In this document: positions 51,299-64,000 of the stretch, piece by piece | How the letters are laid out: each line of letters begins with the position of its first letter | Position numbering within the stretch: position 1 is the stretch's first letter | Origin: Phoronis australis | Taxonomy: Eukaryota; Animalia; Phoronida | NCBI GenBank assembly: GCA_002633005.1 | Contig: NMRA01000344.1 | Coordinates: 289,365-353,364, forward strand | Direction of reading: 5' to 3' | DNA: 64,000 nucleotides | Position numbers and translations under genes: made by a program | The notes under the pieces: generated by a model | What the model saw: the letters and a program-made list of their open reading frames with translations, nothing else | The model's database searches: none | Told to the model about the DNA's origin: nothing

Positions 51299-54200
51299 GG
51301 TGCTATTCACCAGCAATGGCTAAAGGCAGACAGTCCGATTTTATCAACTCGGACGGGGTAGCTGACCTGGAGAGCTGTTATGAAAGAAAGCGAGTTTTAA
51401 GGTACGTCAGCTGCAGCAGGTTGAGTCCATTTACACGGGGTGACAATAATATAGCTCGTCAATTGTGAAACACGGCTAATGACCACCTTTGTGCACACCA
51501 TACTTGACAGTCGGAGATGTGTGTCTGTGCGTTTGGGCACTATTTTGCGAGTCGTATTTACGATGGATGGATATAACATATTCCTCACTTACGCCGCAAC
51601 ATTGTAATTTAAACGGTGTATGCATCGATGATTAGAGCGTGTTTTTGAATCCCGGCACAAGTTACATAATTCTCAACGTCGGGTGTTTTCTAGGAGTTGG
51701 ACGATACACATTTTTTAGATTTGATTTCACCAAATTTCTACGTTGTCCAGTTTATTATACCTACGCTGCAACAAAACTAGTAAAGTATTGTAGTAAAATT
51801 GAGTCTCAAACGAAAGTAGTCAAACAAAATACCGTTTACCCGTCAAGACGCCCAATTCGGTAACACCAAAAAATGACCGGTAATAACTATTATTTGGGCA
51901 AGATTATGATTACAGAATGGCTTAATCATATTCAGTTACTAGCTTATTGTTCAATTCCCATTCATTCTAAGTCACGAGGGAAAACTATTCTGATAATGAA
52001 TTTGGGGTCAGCCCAGCCCTTTCGGCGGGCAATTGCGGATCATTTTGTCTAAATGCTTTCGATAGGTAGTGTAGTAGATCGGTTCTTTGACTACCATGTA
52101 GTATGCTAGGTTTGAAGGATTTGGAGTGTAGGGGACTTTAATTAGGCCGGTCACCACACCAACAAAAGCGGAATACCAACTAAGAGCGACAAGTCTAATT
52201 TGCTGAGTTTATCTGTTCCTCGATCATCACTTACATCACCCACTGTAATAAAGCATGAATACTGGACACTAAAAATCTGTATGCTCAGAATTTTATACTT
52301 ACTATGCATGCTACTCAATGAAATCCGTATAGAACAAATCTTTGGAGACCTTCATTCACTTGATCACATGAAATTGCGGACAAAAATTTCAAAAACACCA
52401 AATTACGAATTCAAGGATGCTATTTAGTGACGTCATGGTAAACGGTCTTCATACACATCCGGATTTTTGACGGTCGCTCCGAAGCAATTCTGTGAATTTG
52501 TTCTCATCTCTCATGAATGTTATTTGAACGCACCTCACACAATTTAGGGACAATGTGAACGTGGCTTAGTAAAATAAGGTTATTCGTAACCGAAGAACCA
52601 CCCATATTTCTGACGTAACCCCACAGCGAAATCCTGCAGTTGCCCATAGGTGATTTCCAGTGATAAACGTGCGGTCAGACACCTCAGACATCGGAAATCT
52701 CCGTCAAAGCCGAGTGTCCGCTGTGCTTCAACAAAGATTAGGATCTTTCACTGAAGCAAAGGATAAGAGAAACACGTGGGCACGAGACAACTTTGGTGCA
52801 AGTCTTACATTCTAGTGAAACTGCTACTCATGCAATTGAACAACTTGCAACCAAAAGATATCATAGCTATTATGTTAGGAACATATTTCTAATTCGCTCG
52901 TGGCAACAAAGAGTTTGACAGGCAATTTCGTACCGTTTTCAAGAGATGTGTAAAGGAAAAATGGCCTTTTATCACCAGCCCAAATTTTAGTTGTCTCGTT
53001 CACAACTACACCCAACTTTACGTCATGTAACCTGAAAAACGTGCGGATTCATTGGTGATGCTACATCAAATGTAACACTTAGAACTAAGACCACAAATGT
53101 CAAGTCACTATACAGCTTTCCACAAGATAGGATACAAATAATCTGCTGAGATACCATTGAATGGAGAATGGACAAAGGACAAATTGAAACTTGACGCTAA
53201 TGAAAGCCACCACTAAAGTAAGTTTATACTTAGCCAAGTCTACTCTGGTTTAATTGTTGTCCTTCAATTGTGTCTCAAAATCAAGTAAATCATTACCAAT
53301 GTTGCCAAGGTCAACGAACCTAATTTCTAGTCGCTGTTCTTATCGAATACCAGAGTTGAGTTAATCTTATCTCGTCTTGTAACAAAGTGGAAAACTGGGA
53401 TCTTCCATCGTGGAAACTTTAATTTCTCTTTGCATTTGCTTAAGTGCTTCACCCTGAAAGCCAGTCCTCACTTTAAAAACTCCAACGCAGTCCTATAACG
53501 TACGTTGTGACGGTAGTTTGATAAAACCGGCAGAGCGCATATGCAGCAGATGATTTCAACTTCATGCTGAGGGACCATCTCACAATCATGGGATGCTACA
53601 ACATACTTTTGGAATCCTTGGCCTCGAATGCCTTCCTCTGTTACTCCCAAAATATGGCCATGAACGAGCGACTCTCAAACGAATTTCTTTTCAATTCATC
53701 TAACATTCGTGTATTTATGTGGCAGTGCGGTAATGGGACTGAGGGAGCCCAGCGCCCTCTCTAGTTAGGACTTTGGAGGAAAGGTATGCAAAGGTGCTTT
53801 TTGGGGACGTCAAATTACTTGGGCGCCATGTAGCACTTTTGGAGCTAGTCAAAAATCCGTTTGTAAAAAGCAACAAAAAAAAACAACGCTGTATGATGCA
53901 TTCTTAGACTTGGCTCCCTAGTAAATGGATGCCAAACCGCCACTGTTTGTTCACGACTAAACGTTTTACAGTTGCAAGTTGATTGAGTGTTTTGAAAGAA
54001 GTAGTTTTATGGTGAATGAAAATCCAGTTGATGTTAATGACAACTTTTTTGACGTGGAACTTTTTCGGCCATGACATCAAAGACTGGCAAAGTGAGAGAT
54101 TAGAAAGAGACGAGCAAGGAGAAGGCAGGGAAACAGCTGAACGTGAGAAATTGCCTAATGTCAAAATGGACGATATTTATAACGCTGCAAGCTGAGATGA

Positions 54201-54481
54201 CACTTTAATTTAACGTTTTCAGGACATGCAAGACGCCAGGAATTATACCACTATTGCCATCAGTACATAGTTCTAAGCAGTTTGGCCTGGTTTAGACAAT
54301 GTATATTTTATCTGTCTTGTAATCAACATGTGAAAAACCCTGGTGGTTTTCTCCAGGCTGTAGTATCGTGGTCACTTTTACAAGCATGTGCGGCGTGCAT
54401 TTCAGTGTATGTAGCGCAGCACACAGTGAATCAATGTTGAGTAATCTGACAGAGGTTGGATGTGAATGTCGTTATGAACTA

Positions 54482-54704
54482 TTGTAACTAAAGGTAGGCA
54501 TATACAAATTATTCAAAATATCATTTTGTAACTAAAGGAAGGCATATATAAATTATTCACAATATCATTTTTTAACTAAAGGTAGGAGTATACAAGCTAT
54601 TCACAATATCATTTTGTAACTTAAGGTAGGCATATATAAGTTATTCACAATATCATTCTGTAACTAAAGATAGATATATAAAAGTTATTCACAATATCAT
54701 TTTG
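54482..54704. repeat. Minisatellite, about 44 bp x 5
   Basis: Unit TTGTAACTAAAGGTAGGCATATACAAATTATTCACAATATCATT. Confidence 0.9.
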
Positions 54705-57700
54705 TGGTCAAGTACAATTGCTACGCCTGTCATATATCGGAAAACTACATATTTTCCAATCATCAGGATTCATGTAAAAATAAATCTTTAAGTTTATCGT
54801 CGTTTAGGATCAAAACTAGCTTTCGTGCCAAGCAGACAAATGATAAGATGTTAATTACAAAATTCCTCCTAAGAAGAACGTGTGTGGTTTAACGAAAATC
54901 CTTCCTTTTTTACGTGAAGTGTTCTTTCATAGAAATGAATCTGAGTCGATCTCAAAAGAGGACAAGAGCAGCAGAGAAGAAACAGAAAATCACCAAAGTT
55001 TCAAAATAACTTTTGGGTTTAACAGACCTCATCAGCCGCCAGTCTTACTCCTCCGGGTAAAGTGTCCAGCCATCATTTCCAATCACTTAGTTCGCCCTAA
55101 ACTTACCAATCGTTTCAGTGCCTGCCATAGCAGCAGAGAACGTTCCAGGAGACAACAAAAGCGTTTACACCCCAACCTATCGTGCACTGTTAACGATATT
55201 GAGACTACAGAATTATGGTAAAGGAATGGCGGTTTTGAGACATCCAGTTGAGGTAACAAAATACAGAAAATTTGAATCTCATACTGGAATTTGCTTACTA
55301 GAGTTAGCGACGTTGCGTCCGTCTCTCATGGACTTCAGCTTGGTCAGTGATGTTATTATTATTCTGGCAAATAGGTGGCGTTTTAACCAGACGGCGTGGC
55401 ATTGAGGTCAGGACACTATCTAATAAGTGTGAGAGATGGAACCTTAAACCTCCTCGTTTATTCAGGGAGGGACTCTCGATGCGTTCACGGGGAGCTTCCT
55501 TGACACCCCTTCTGAACCAATCTTCCTCACAGTTTCTGTATTTTTAAGGAATTCTGGATTCATAATGGCCTTTCATCGTTCCAGAATAGTGTAACCTTTA
55601 AAATGTGTGGAGAATGCGCACAGGAGCTAAAGATGAGAAAACTAACTCTGGTATTTATCAATCTGTGTATTCACACTGTTGTCAAAATTGTTTGTCCTAT
55701 ATCTGGATCAAAATAGCACCATTGTTTGCAATGACTGAGAAAGAAACACAATGCTGACCCTGATGTTTCATACAAAATTGAATCGGCCACGTGCCATTGC
55801 ACGATTAGACCCTTTCCAGAGAGATATTGCAGCAATACCACCAACGTGTTACAAAGTGGACAACGTGGTCTTTCTACATTCGATCGTTACATGTAGGTGG
55901 CGCATTGTAGTTTTGCAGAGTTTTGGCTGCCAACGCAGCCCTAGAGTGGAGATGGGTCCTTCCCTCACGTCCTTATCAAGAGTCTGAAAAAAGGTTTTGT
56001 AGCATTCCGAACTCACAAGCACTACTCATGATAACTGAAACTGAATAATGCTACAGACTTTTAATCAGTTAATTTACATCAAAAATATCGTTGCATAACA
56101 ACTGTACTTACAACACTTCAAATGCGAAATGATCAGATCTTTACGAATGCTGCCAATGCAGTGGTGACTCCGGATGTCCAAATTCACACTACAAACATGA
56201 ACATATGCCAAGGCTTTGGAATCGTTTGGTTCTAATGGATGAAAACAGAATTGCAAAAAGTCTTTTTACGTGACCTTAAACATCGGAACTTGCAATTGGT
56301 CAAGTTCAATGTTTAATATTATGGAGTAATACGATTTTTTAAAGAAAATTTCAGGAACAAACACACCGTGTCTCTCGAAAGCTTCAAAGCATTCAGTTTC
56401 CAGTTAGATGATTAAGAATAATCACTGAGAAACTAAAACTGTGCTTATACATATCTGTTAAAAATGACTATTGTGTAGAAGAGAATTTACTTTTGCCGGT
56501 GTCTCAGAGGTCCGTCATAGCTTGATTGAGAGCAGGTATTCTACCATTAGGTGGGTCGGTACTGCGGAATTCCTGTGAATGAACGGAAATGTCGTGTTTG
56601 TAAAAACCGAATTGAATATGAAGTTCATTTCATCTTTGACTGTGAAAAATATACTCATATTCTACAATTTTTATATGGGGTTTAGCCCTATCTCAAATAT
56701 TCCAAAATGACTTGACAAGTCTAGCAAAATTCATTCAAGACGCTTTGCAGGTTAGAAGTAATTACTTGTTTGTAAACTAGTCTGAAGTTGTCAGATTTGA
56801 GTGTATACTGTATGTTATGTAATGTTTAATTGTTATTATGAGACTGAGGCTGAGGGGTGTGGTGCATATTCTGTATTTGAGATCATGTATTTACTGGCAA
56901 CTTTGTGTCACTATAATAAATAAATAATAATAGATACAACTGCTGTTCATATTTTACTTCCTATCGAAAACAATGCTGAAAGGAATTTGAAAATAATAGT
57001 AGAACGACTATGCTATTTAAACGATGTGATGAAGATTTGAACTATTATACTGGCAGCTGAAAGTCTTGTCAGTACTTGATTTGAAATCGCGACGTAACTT
57101 CATGACAATACGCAAACAGTGAAACACTAAATGATAACTGATCAACCGTTGACTCAGATAAACCATGTTTCACAAAAACACTATTGAAAACAGAGAAGAT
57201 ATCCGAAGGCATCCCAATACGAGATGGAAGGTACCATTTTGTTTTCACGGTGGGCACCAATTACTGGTATGGTAATTAACAAGTAGGAACACTTCGTATC
57301 ACGATTTTTAATTTGTCATCGTATGGAATACTCCTCTTTGTTGGAACTTGCATGAATCCTTCACCAAAAATGACCAAACAAACGACGCAGACAACAACGA
57401 TCAATCGAATACGAGATAACTTCATTTGTATTTAGATAAAATTCCCCCGCCTATAAAATACACATCTCAATTGAGGTTTTTGACATTTTAATGGTTACAA
57501 GGTTACCACAGTTCGTCCCAGGAATAGTTACTGAATCTATTATATAGTTATTGCGAGGCAATGGATCAATGATATATTTGTGCAAGTGAAATATTTTTGT
57601 TTTAAACAAAGAGCAACATTTGATGGAGAAGACAAACAAAGCAAACTGTCTGCACTCTACAACGTGATCTTCCCAAAACATACTCACGTTTCTTTCTAAC

Positions 57701-59098
57701 AGTTTTCCAACTTCAAATTTGCAGACCGCCAATTTTATTTGGTGAGCTAGTGCTGGGGTTGAAACGTTTTCAATGCTAGAGTTTCCGTCGGCGTCCCAAG
57801 GATTTCCCGTTGCTCATTGCATTTAGTCCAGTGAAACACGATGGGGCTTGAAATACGGTGAAGATGGCCTAGTTGAGCTGACAATATAGCCTAAGTGAGA
57901 AGAAGCTTTGCAACTATAGGTGTTCTAAATGCCCCCGTCAGCGTCTAATCACAACTCGACACGTACTTTCTAATTGAAAATCGAGCTACTCTATGAAATC
58001 ATAGACTATATTAGTTGTCTATAATCTATAATGAAATACATCCGTCGAGAGCGAAATGAACACACTGCCGAGAAAAAAAAAACTTAAGAACATTCTTTTT
58101 TTTAGCAGCGCGTGTTACGACGTTCGTCCGCGATGAAATTGTACAGGTTTATGCAAAGTTTCAGGTCCTAGCTCAACTAAACAAAAGTATTGATAAAAAT
58201 TTTGGGATCTGTTTCGGGGAAATCACCCTGTACAAAAGTACTGAAAATAAACGTTTCTTCTGTAGACATATTACCTAACCCGAAAACGCGCTTTTTGACG
58301 CAGAATGTGCCAGTCAAGGGTTCTTGTTTCATCTGTTGGAAGTCGTTTACATTTCGTTTACTTACGGCTGGCCACACCATGCCAGCATGGTCACCACAGA
58401 ACTGGATGTGTACAAATCCACGTTGCTGTTGGGCGACTTGCACTCTACAGAAAACTGCGCAGGCGCAGATGTGACCGAGTGGCCTACCTAACTTACACCC
58501 ATGGAAAAAATGAAGTTTCGCTAATGTAGAAAAAAACGCATTCAAGTTTTCACTTTGGTCGCATAGTAAAATACTGAGTATTTATAAATAAACCTCAGTG
58601 CATGGAATCGGGAGCTATGGAAGTGGCTAAACATTTTATCCACGACACTCTGTCAAGGGGATGTCCATTTTGAAAATCAGGCAACACCCATATTTGCAGA
58701 CACTTATAAACCGTAGTGAGCCCAGAGACACACAGTCGAATAAATAAACACCGAGTGGTATTACTGATTCAAATGCTCCAGTTTAACTACAGTGTTAAAG
58801 GATACTATCCTTTTTACGGCCCAAAACGCATTTTTAAGATTATAAATGTATGACATAGACTCTCAGAAGTCATTAAACTTGACTAGAGTTATAATGTAAC
58901 AAACACAATATTCAGCGTGTTTGAGATTTTATTACAAATTGTCAATTCTACATGGTTGACCTAATCGAGCACGAAAACCGGCGACTTGACTAGTTAAGGT
59001 GGTTGTATGCGATGGATTTTGGATTTTTGACAGTTTTTGAATATTTATATTGTTTAAAAGTTTGATTGTTCATTTGCATGTTCATGACAAAATGAATT

Positions 59099-59346
59099 CA
59101 TGCGCGCACCTAGATTTTAAAAAGAGGGGGTCGAATTTCTGACGAAGTGGACTTTTTCCTGACAAAAAAGCGGGAGGACTAAAAACGGGGTACCATATTC
59201 AGGACTGTGAAATGTGCGTCTGAGCCTTTTTATTGGACTTTTGTCTCGAACGTTTTGTTTCTATGAAGCGGACCTTTTTGTCCACTTCGCCAAATGGGGG
59301 GGGGGGGCTCGTTTGAGCCTCCCGAGCCCCCGTGGGTGCGCGCATG
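59099..59346. mobile_element. MITE, same family as 40575-40818
   Basis: CATGCGCGCACC..GGTGCGCGCATG; flanks GAATT/GAATA. Confidence 0.8.
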
Positions 59347-61716
59347 GAATAGACTTGAAAAGTGCATAGTTGTCATTTTTAAAAATCTATGAAAATTTTT
59401 TTCCTATAGGACTGCTCATCAGGCTTGGATGGTAGGAATCTGGGAGCTTAGAAAACAACTGACCGCTTACTTCAGAAAGCCCTTGGTCAAAATGCACAAT
59501 AGCCCAAGCAGACAAATTGGCTTTGGGTATGACAAGCATATACAAGTGCCCTCTGGTGTCTTTTTGCCATGTTATGTAAAACTGGAGCATTACATGCACA
59601 AATTTTCATTGAAAGTTGACCAAAAGTAGCATGTGATATCTGTAAAAGCTCGTTATCCCGGTTCATTATTTCCAAGTAGTAGGAACACGCTCACGTTTAT
59701 TTCTCAGCTATCTTTTGAACAAATTTTACGAAATAAAAAATTGGAATCTAATTCAAATTAACCAACCTCAAATCCGTGCCAGGGATTTTATATAATTTTA
59801 TTACAACTTATTGAAGTTGGAGGTTTGACTTTTTGTTGTGTGTTTGCCAAATCTCAGAAACAAACAAAGTACAAAAACAGGGTGTCATGATGGTTTCATG
59901 GTCATAGTTGTGTATTGGTGACTTAAATAAAACTATTGGAAGATTTTGAAATCAATGACAGAATTTTTTGGAAAACCAAACCAAGAAAAATGACCTTTTT
60001 AGGAAAACTTAAATATTTTTTATTATCAAAATAACTGGTCACTCAAAAAAACATTTTCTTTGCTTTTTCTCAAGTTGTGGGTCACATTTAAGACGACATA
60101 TCTCAAAGTTTTCACTTTTTACAGATTAACATGGAAGAACAACAGTGTATCTTCCTCCATTAATTACGCTGAAAATACTCTGTTATTTATCGAGTGGGTT
60201 TTAGTTCCGCCAGCAGAGGGTTTGATTGTGACAGCGAGGGTTTCACGCCAGGGTAATCTCACTAAGTCACGTTTCTTACCAAAAATATCAATTTAAGATC
60301 CGGAAATACATCAGCAACGAGGCTATTACAAGTTTTTCAAAAGATTTTTGAAATTTGCAGATATTTTTTTTAGGCAATCATGTTGCAATTACTAAAAATA
60401 TCAACACGTTAATATACAAACATTTTGGTATTACTGTACTGGTTTATCGATTTGCAGGTGATTTCGTAAACGCTATATCGTAACAATAGAGATTTGTGAT
60501 TGTGTATTCCATTAAAAAAGTTGAGGTCTTCCATCCCATTTTCAATTTTTTAAACGGTGATTTCTTCAATAACAGGCTTAACACTGAATAACATTTTGAG
60601 CTATCTATATTCGTGTATTGATGATACGTTTACACTACCTGCAATATTTTGGATTGCAACTACATTGTGCTTAATTACCCGTCTTATGGACGAGTTATGC
60701 AGGGGTCGCCTATAACAAAATTGTAATGCAATATATTTTCATGAAGCTAAATTTATGACAAAGCTTTATTGATCTACCCATCAATGGACTCAAATAAAGC
60801 CTTGATTCTGTGCGAAGTGACTATTTATTATAACACGTTAAGCATTCCAACGATAAGCACTTCAAGTTAACTCCGCATAGTATACTCCTTGTTTGTACAA
60901 GGGGTGGCGGTTAATCTCTGTAAGCGACTTATTACTTGCCAGTAAGGGTATTGATTTAGAACAAAATACCTGTCTTGACACGCGGCGACATTCATAGACG
61001 ACTATGTTTATAAATTGCCCACTGGTCAGTTTAATTAAACTTTAGCCTGTAACAAGGCGTCCGAGTTACCTTACGTTACCAGTCTTATCTGTATCATGTT
61101 TTAAAAGCTAAACGATGCGACTTTTGGCTACACCGTGTGCACATAAAGACTTAACTGGTAGTTTATAACTTATAAAACGCCCGCCCGACTTCTCTGGGAT
61201 TGGTTTAGAATTAATGCACCTTACGATATTTGACTATTTCGAGCATTTCGGCACCTTTTAAGCGACAAGCTAGGTTTTAGGACAGAATAACGCATTTTGA
61301 GGATTACATGTATTGTTGGGTTGGACTGATATCTTGAAGTTATTAGCTTCAATCAGAGCTATAAAACATCAAATTCAGTTGTTTTTCGTGATTTTGTTAC
61401 AAGTCGCCTATTCCTAAAGATAATTGCCAATCATTCTATCTGAACTCCAAATTTAAATACACAGCTATTTATCGAGACGGATTATCTCAACGAGCAAAAT
61501 GTTGGACTGCGACCGCGCAGGTTACGCATTCGCCTGGTTCGGCGCTGAGGGTGATCTAAGAAAACCCCCCTCTCTCGCCGACAGTGTCTGACTAAACTAA
61601 TAATTACGTCACGATAAAACTGGGGACGCTTAGGTTGAACACCAAGTTGATCTTAAGTTAGGATGTTGCTTAATTACGGCATGCGAACAGAGCAGTTTGC
61701 TGTTCCTGGTTGCAAG

Positions 61717-62909
61717 AAACAGTCTCAAATGGGAACTCAGCTATCTTCCTGAACTTTTCAAAGTCAAAGAGAAGATCATAACAAAGATAAATTGATAAAA
61801 ACATTTATTTTTTAGTAAACAACGACACAAATACGAAAACGATTGAGGGAACTTATATTCCGATGTACTAATAGGCGGCGCACCATAGGGGGCAGTGGCG
61901 GATCTAGGATACCATAAGGGAGGCCAATATGTTGCCTCCGGGAATTGCCCCCCTCCCCCTAAATCCGCATATGGGGGGCTGGGGGGGTATAACTCACTTT
62001 TTTCAGTGCTTCGCCGCTTATGATACTACGTACATCTTCACAAACAGGCGTTGTACACCTTTACTCCAATTACTAAAAATGTAGAGCAAGTGACCTCCGG
62101 TTTATGTGCAGAGTATACATCATGTACATGCCAACAGGCATGAAACGTTGACTTGACGCTGCTAGCTACTTGGACTGCGCTGTCCCCGGCTTTGTCGCAA
62201 ATTGTCCGCCTGGTCGCAATTAGCACAACTGGGAACGTGACGTAGTAGTTTCTACAAGAACAAAACATTGTAATTAACATATGGATTGCAGTCGGTATTT
62301 ACAATAANAAACAGTCTCAAATGGGAACTCAGCTGTCTTCCTGAACTTTTCAAAGTCAAACAGAAGATCATAACAAAGATAAATTGATAAAAACATTTAT
62401 TTTTTAGTAAACAACGACACAAATACGAAAACGATTGAGGGAACTTATATTCCGATGTACTAATAGGCGGCGCACCATAGGGGGCAGTGGCGGATCTAGG
62501 ATACCATAAGGGAGGCCAATATGTTGCCTCCGGGAATTGCCCCCCTCCCCCTAAATCCGCCTATGGGGGGCTGGGGGGGTATAACTCACTTTTTTCAGTG
62601 CTGCGCCGCCAATGATACTACGTACATCTTCACAAACAGGCGTTGTACACCTTTACTCCGATTACTAAAAATGTAGAGCAAGTGACCTCCGGTTTATGTG
62701 CAGAGTATACATCATGTACATGCCAACAGGCATGAAACGCAGCTTCACGTTGACTTGACGCTGCTAGCTACTTGGACTGCGCTGTCCCCGGCTTTGTCGC
62801 AAATTGTCCGCCTGGTCGCAATTAGCACAACTGGGAACGTGGCGTAGTAGTTTCTACAAGAACAAAACATTGTAATTAACATATGGACTGCAGTCGGTAT
62901 TTACAATAA
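61717..62909. other. Tandem duplication of about 590 bp separated by a single N at 62308 (likely assembly overlap artefact)
   Basis: 61717-62307 matches 62309-62909 with a few SNPs and an indel of about 10 bp. Confidence 0.85.
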
Positions 62910-63078
62910 ACGAAAGACATACGGAGGCCCTAGGTACAACAGAGAAGGCAACCTTCAATGAAACGGACTTTACTTTTCCACAACGCTGGTTGACAAGAAT
63001 GTATGCCCCTTTCCCGTTTCTGAGTGAACACAAAAGAACAAAATAAAACAAATTCTACTTTGAAAACCGTTAAGCAAT

Positions 63079-63488
63079 CAGGGGCGTTTACAGAATTTTA
63101 AGTTGGGGGGGGGGCAGGAGAGAGTATTATCCAGGATTTTGGGCCTCAGACATTCACACTCCCAACACTGCCGAGTGGAGTCTGGGAGAATTTTAGGGGG
63201 GGGGGCATGGCCCCCTTGGCCCCCTCTAAATCCGTCACTGACAATATTAGAACTATCAAGCTCTCCTAGCTGGGATTCTTTATTCACCCAAGCCAAATAT
63301 GTAATGTTGAAAATCTGATATGATGCAAACCCGGGGCGGTTCTAAGATTTTGAGATAGGGAGGGGAGCAGAGTAGAGTATTAACCAGGATTTTGTCCGTC
63401 AGACATTCGCACCCTCGAACTGCCAAATGGAATTGGGGAGAATTTTAGGGGTGCAAGGCGCCCTTGCTCCCCCCTAAACCCGACACTG
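63079..63488. mobile_element. Two adjacent hAT-like MITEs (63079-63240 and about 63331-63488)
   Basis: CAGGGGCG..CCGTCACTG termini with poly-G/poly-C subtermini; the two copies share internal sequence. Confidence 0.7.
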
Positions 63489-64000
63489 CATTATTAGGGC
63501 TCTAAGTTGGTTGCGTCAAAATAGATTGGGGAAATAAAACCCGGTGATCGTAGCTTATTCCACGGGGGTCTTTCATGATACTGAATGCCAAGTAAGCGAT
63601 TTGTGCTCCCGAAAACCTAAGCATATACAAAATGTTCACTAGTCCAATTAATCGACAGCACATCGCTTAAAAATTTACCATTTCATAAAAAGATACGGTA
63701 GCGCCGAACGAATACGGTAAACAGGGTTATCTTTAGATAGTTGGGTGGGGTTCTGTTGGGGTGAAGTTGACTTGAGTAAAATGACTCGACAGCCGTAGTA
63801 ACGAAACCAGTGTGACACAGATGAGAGCCAGTAGGACGTTGATTTATAGCTGGGAAATAATAGCGGGTAAGTTTTCTTCTTAAATTTTATTGAAATTAAA
63901 ATTAAAGACAAAGAAATGCAAACGTTATATTTCTTACAACATTATACTTCTGTTAGGCTACTTTCAATACTTGAATAAAAACACCGGCATGTTTACAAGA

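Noticed and set aside
49151-51316. Novel double-domain 721-aa P450
   Set aside because: The duplication is centred on a single N with identical translation, so it is best explained as an assembly artefact. The listed start is also TTG.
55050-55470. Possible Penelope GIY-YIG remnant (LVRPK, RRGIE)
   Set aside because: The motifs are too short and degenerate to call without a search.
518-63911. The many remaining 60-140 aa ORFs in the six-frame track
   Set aside because: Many have non-ATG starts and none has a recognisable domain. They are antisense to real exons, derived from repeats/MITEs, or of chance length.

Overview
Eukaryotic (animal, probably invertebrate) AT-rich genomic DNA with spliceosomal introns and many non-autonomous transposons. 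I reconstructed two spliced genes by hand with consistent exon phases: a 4-exon FKBP14/FKBP7-like ER prolyl isomerase (minus strand, 243 aa, C-terminal HDEL) and, head-to-head 347 bp away, a 12-exon PLEKHA8/FAPP2 (plus strand, 509 aa, PH + GLTP domains). Vertebrates have the same pairing (FKBP14-PLEKHA8, FKBP7-PLEKHA3). A clan-2 cytochrome P450 lies at 49.2-51.3 kb; its 721-aa ORF is inflated by a 668-bp false duplication around a single N. The most unusual structure is in PLEKHA8 intron 1: a 1.64-kb TRIM-like LTR element (TG..CA LTRs, GTGT target-site duplication, tRNA-iMet-type PBS, PPT-like tract) carrying an antisense fragment of the host gene URB2. The intact C-terminal part of that fragment could splice in frame to PLEKHA8 exon 1. 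Also noted: a candidate 30-nt PLEKHA8 microexon with QKI and RBFOX motifs, many MITEs, LINE/Penelope remnants and minisatellites. All homology calls come from recalled motifs, not database searches.
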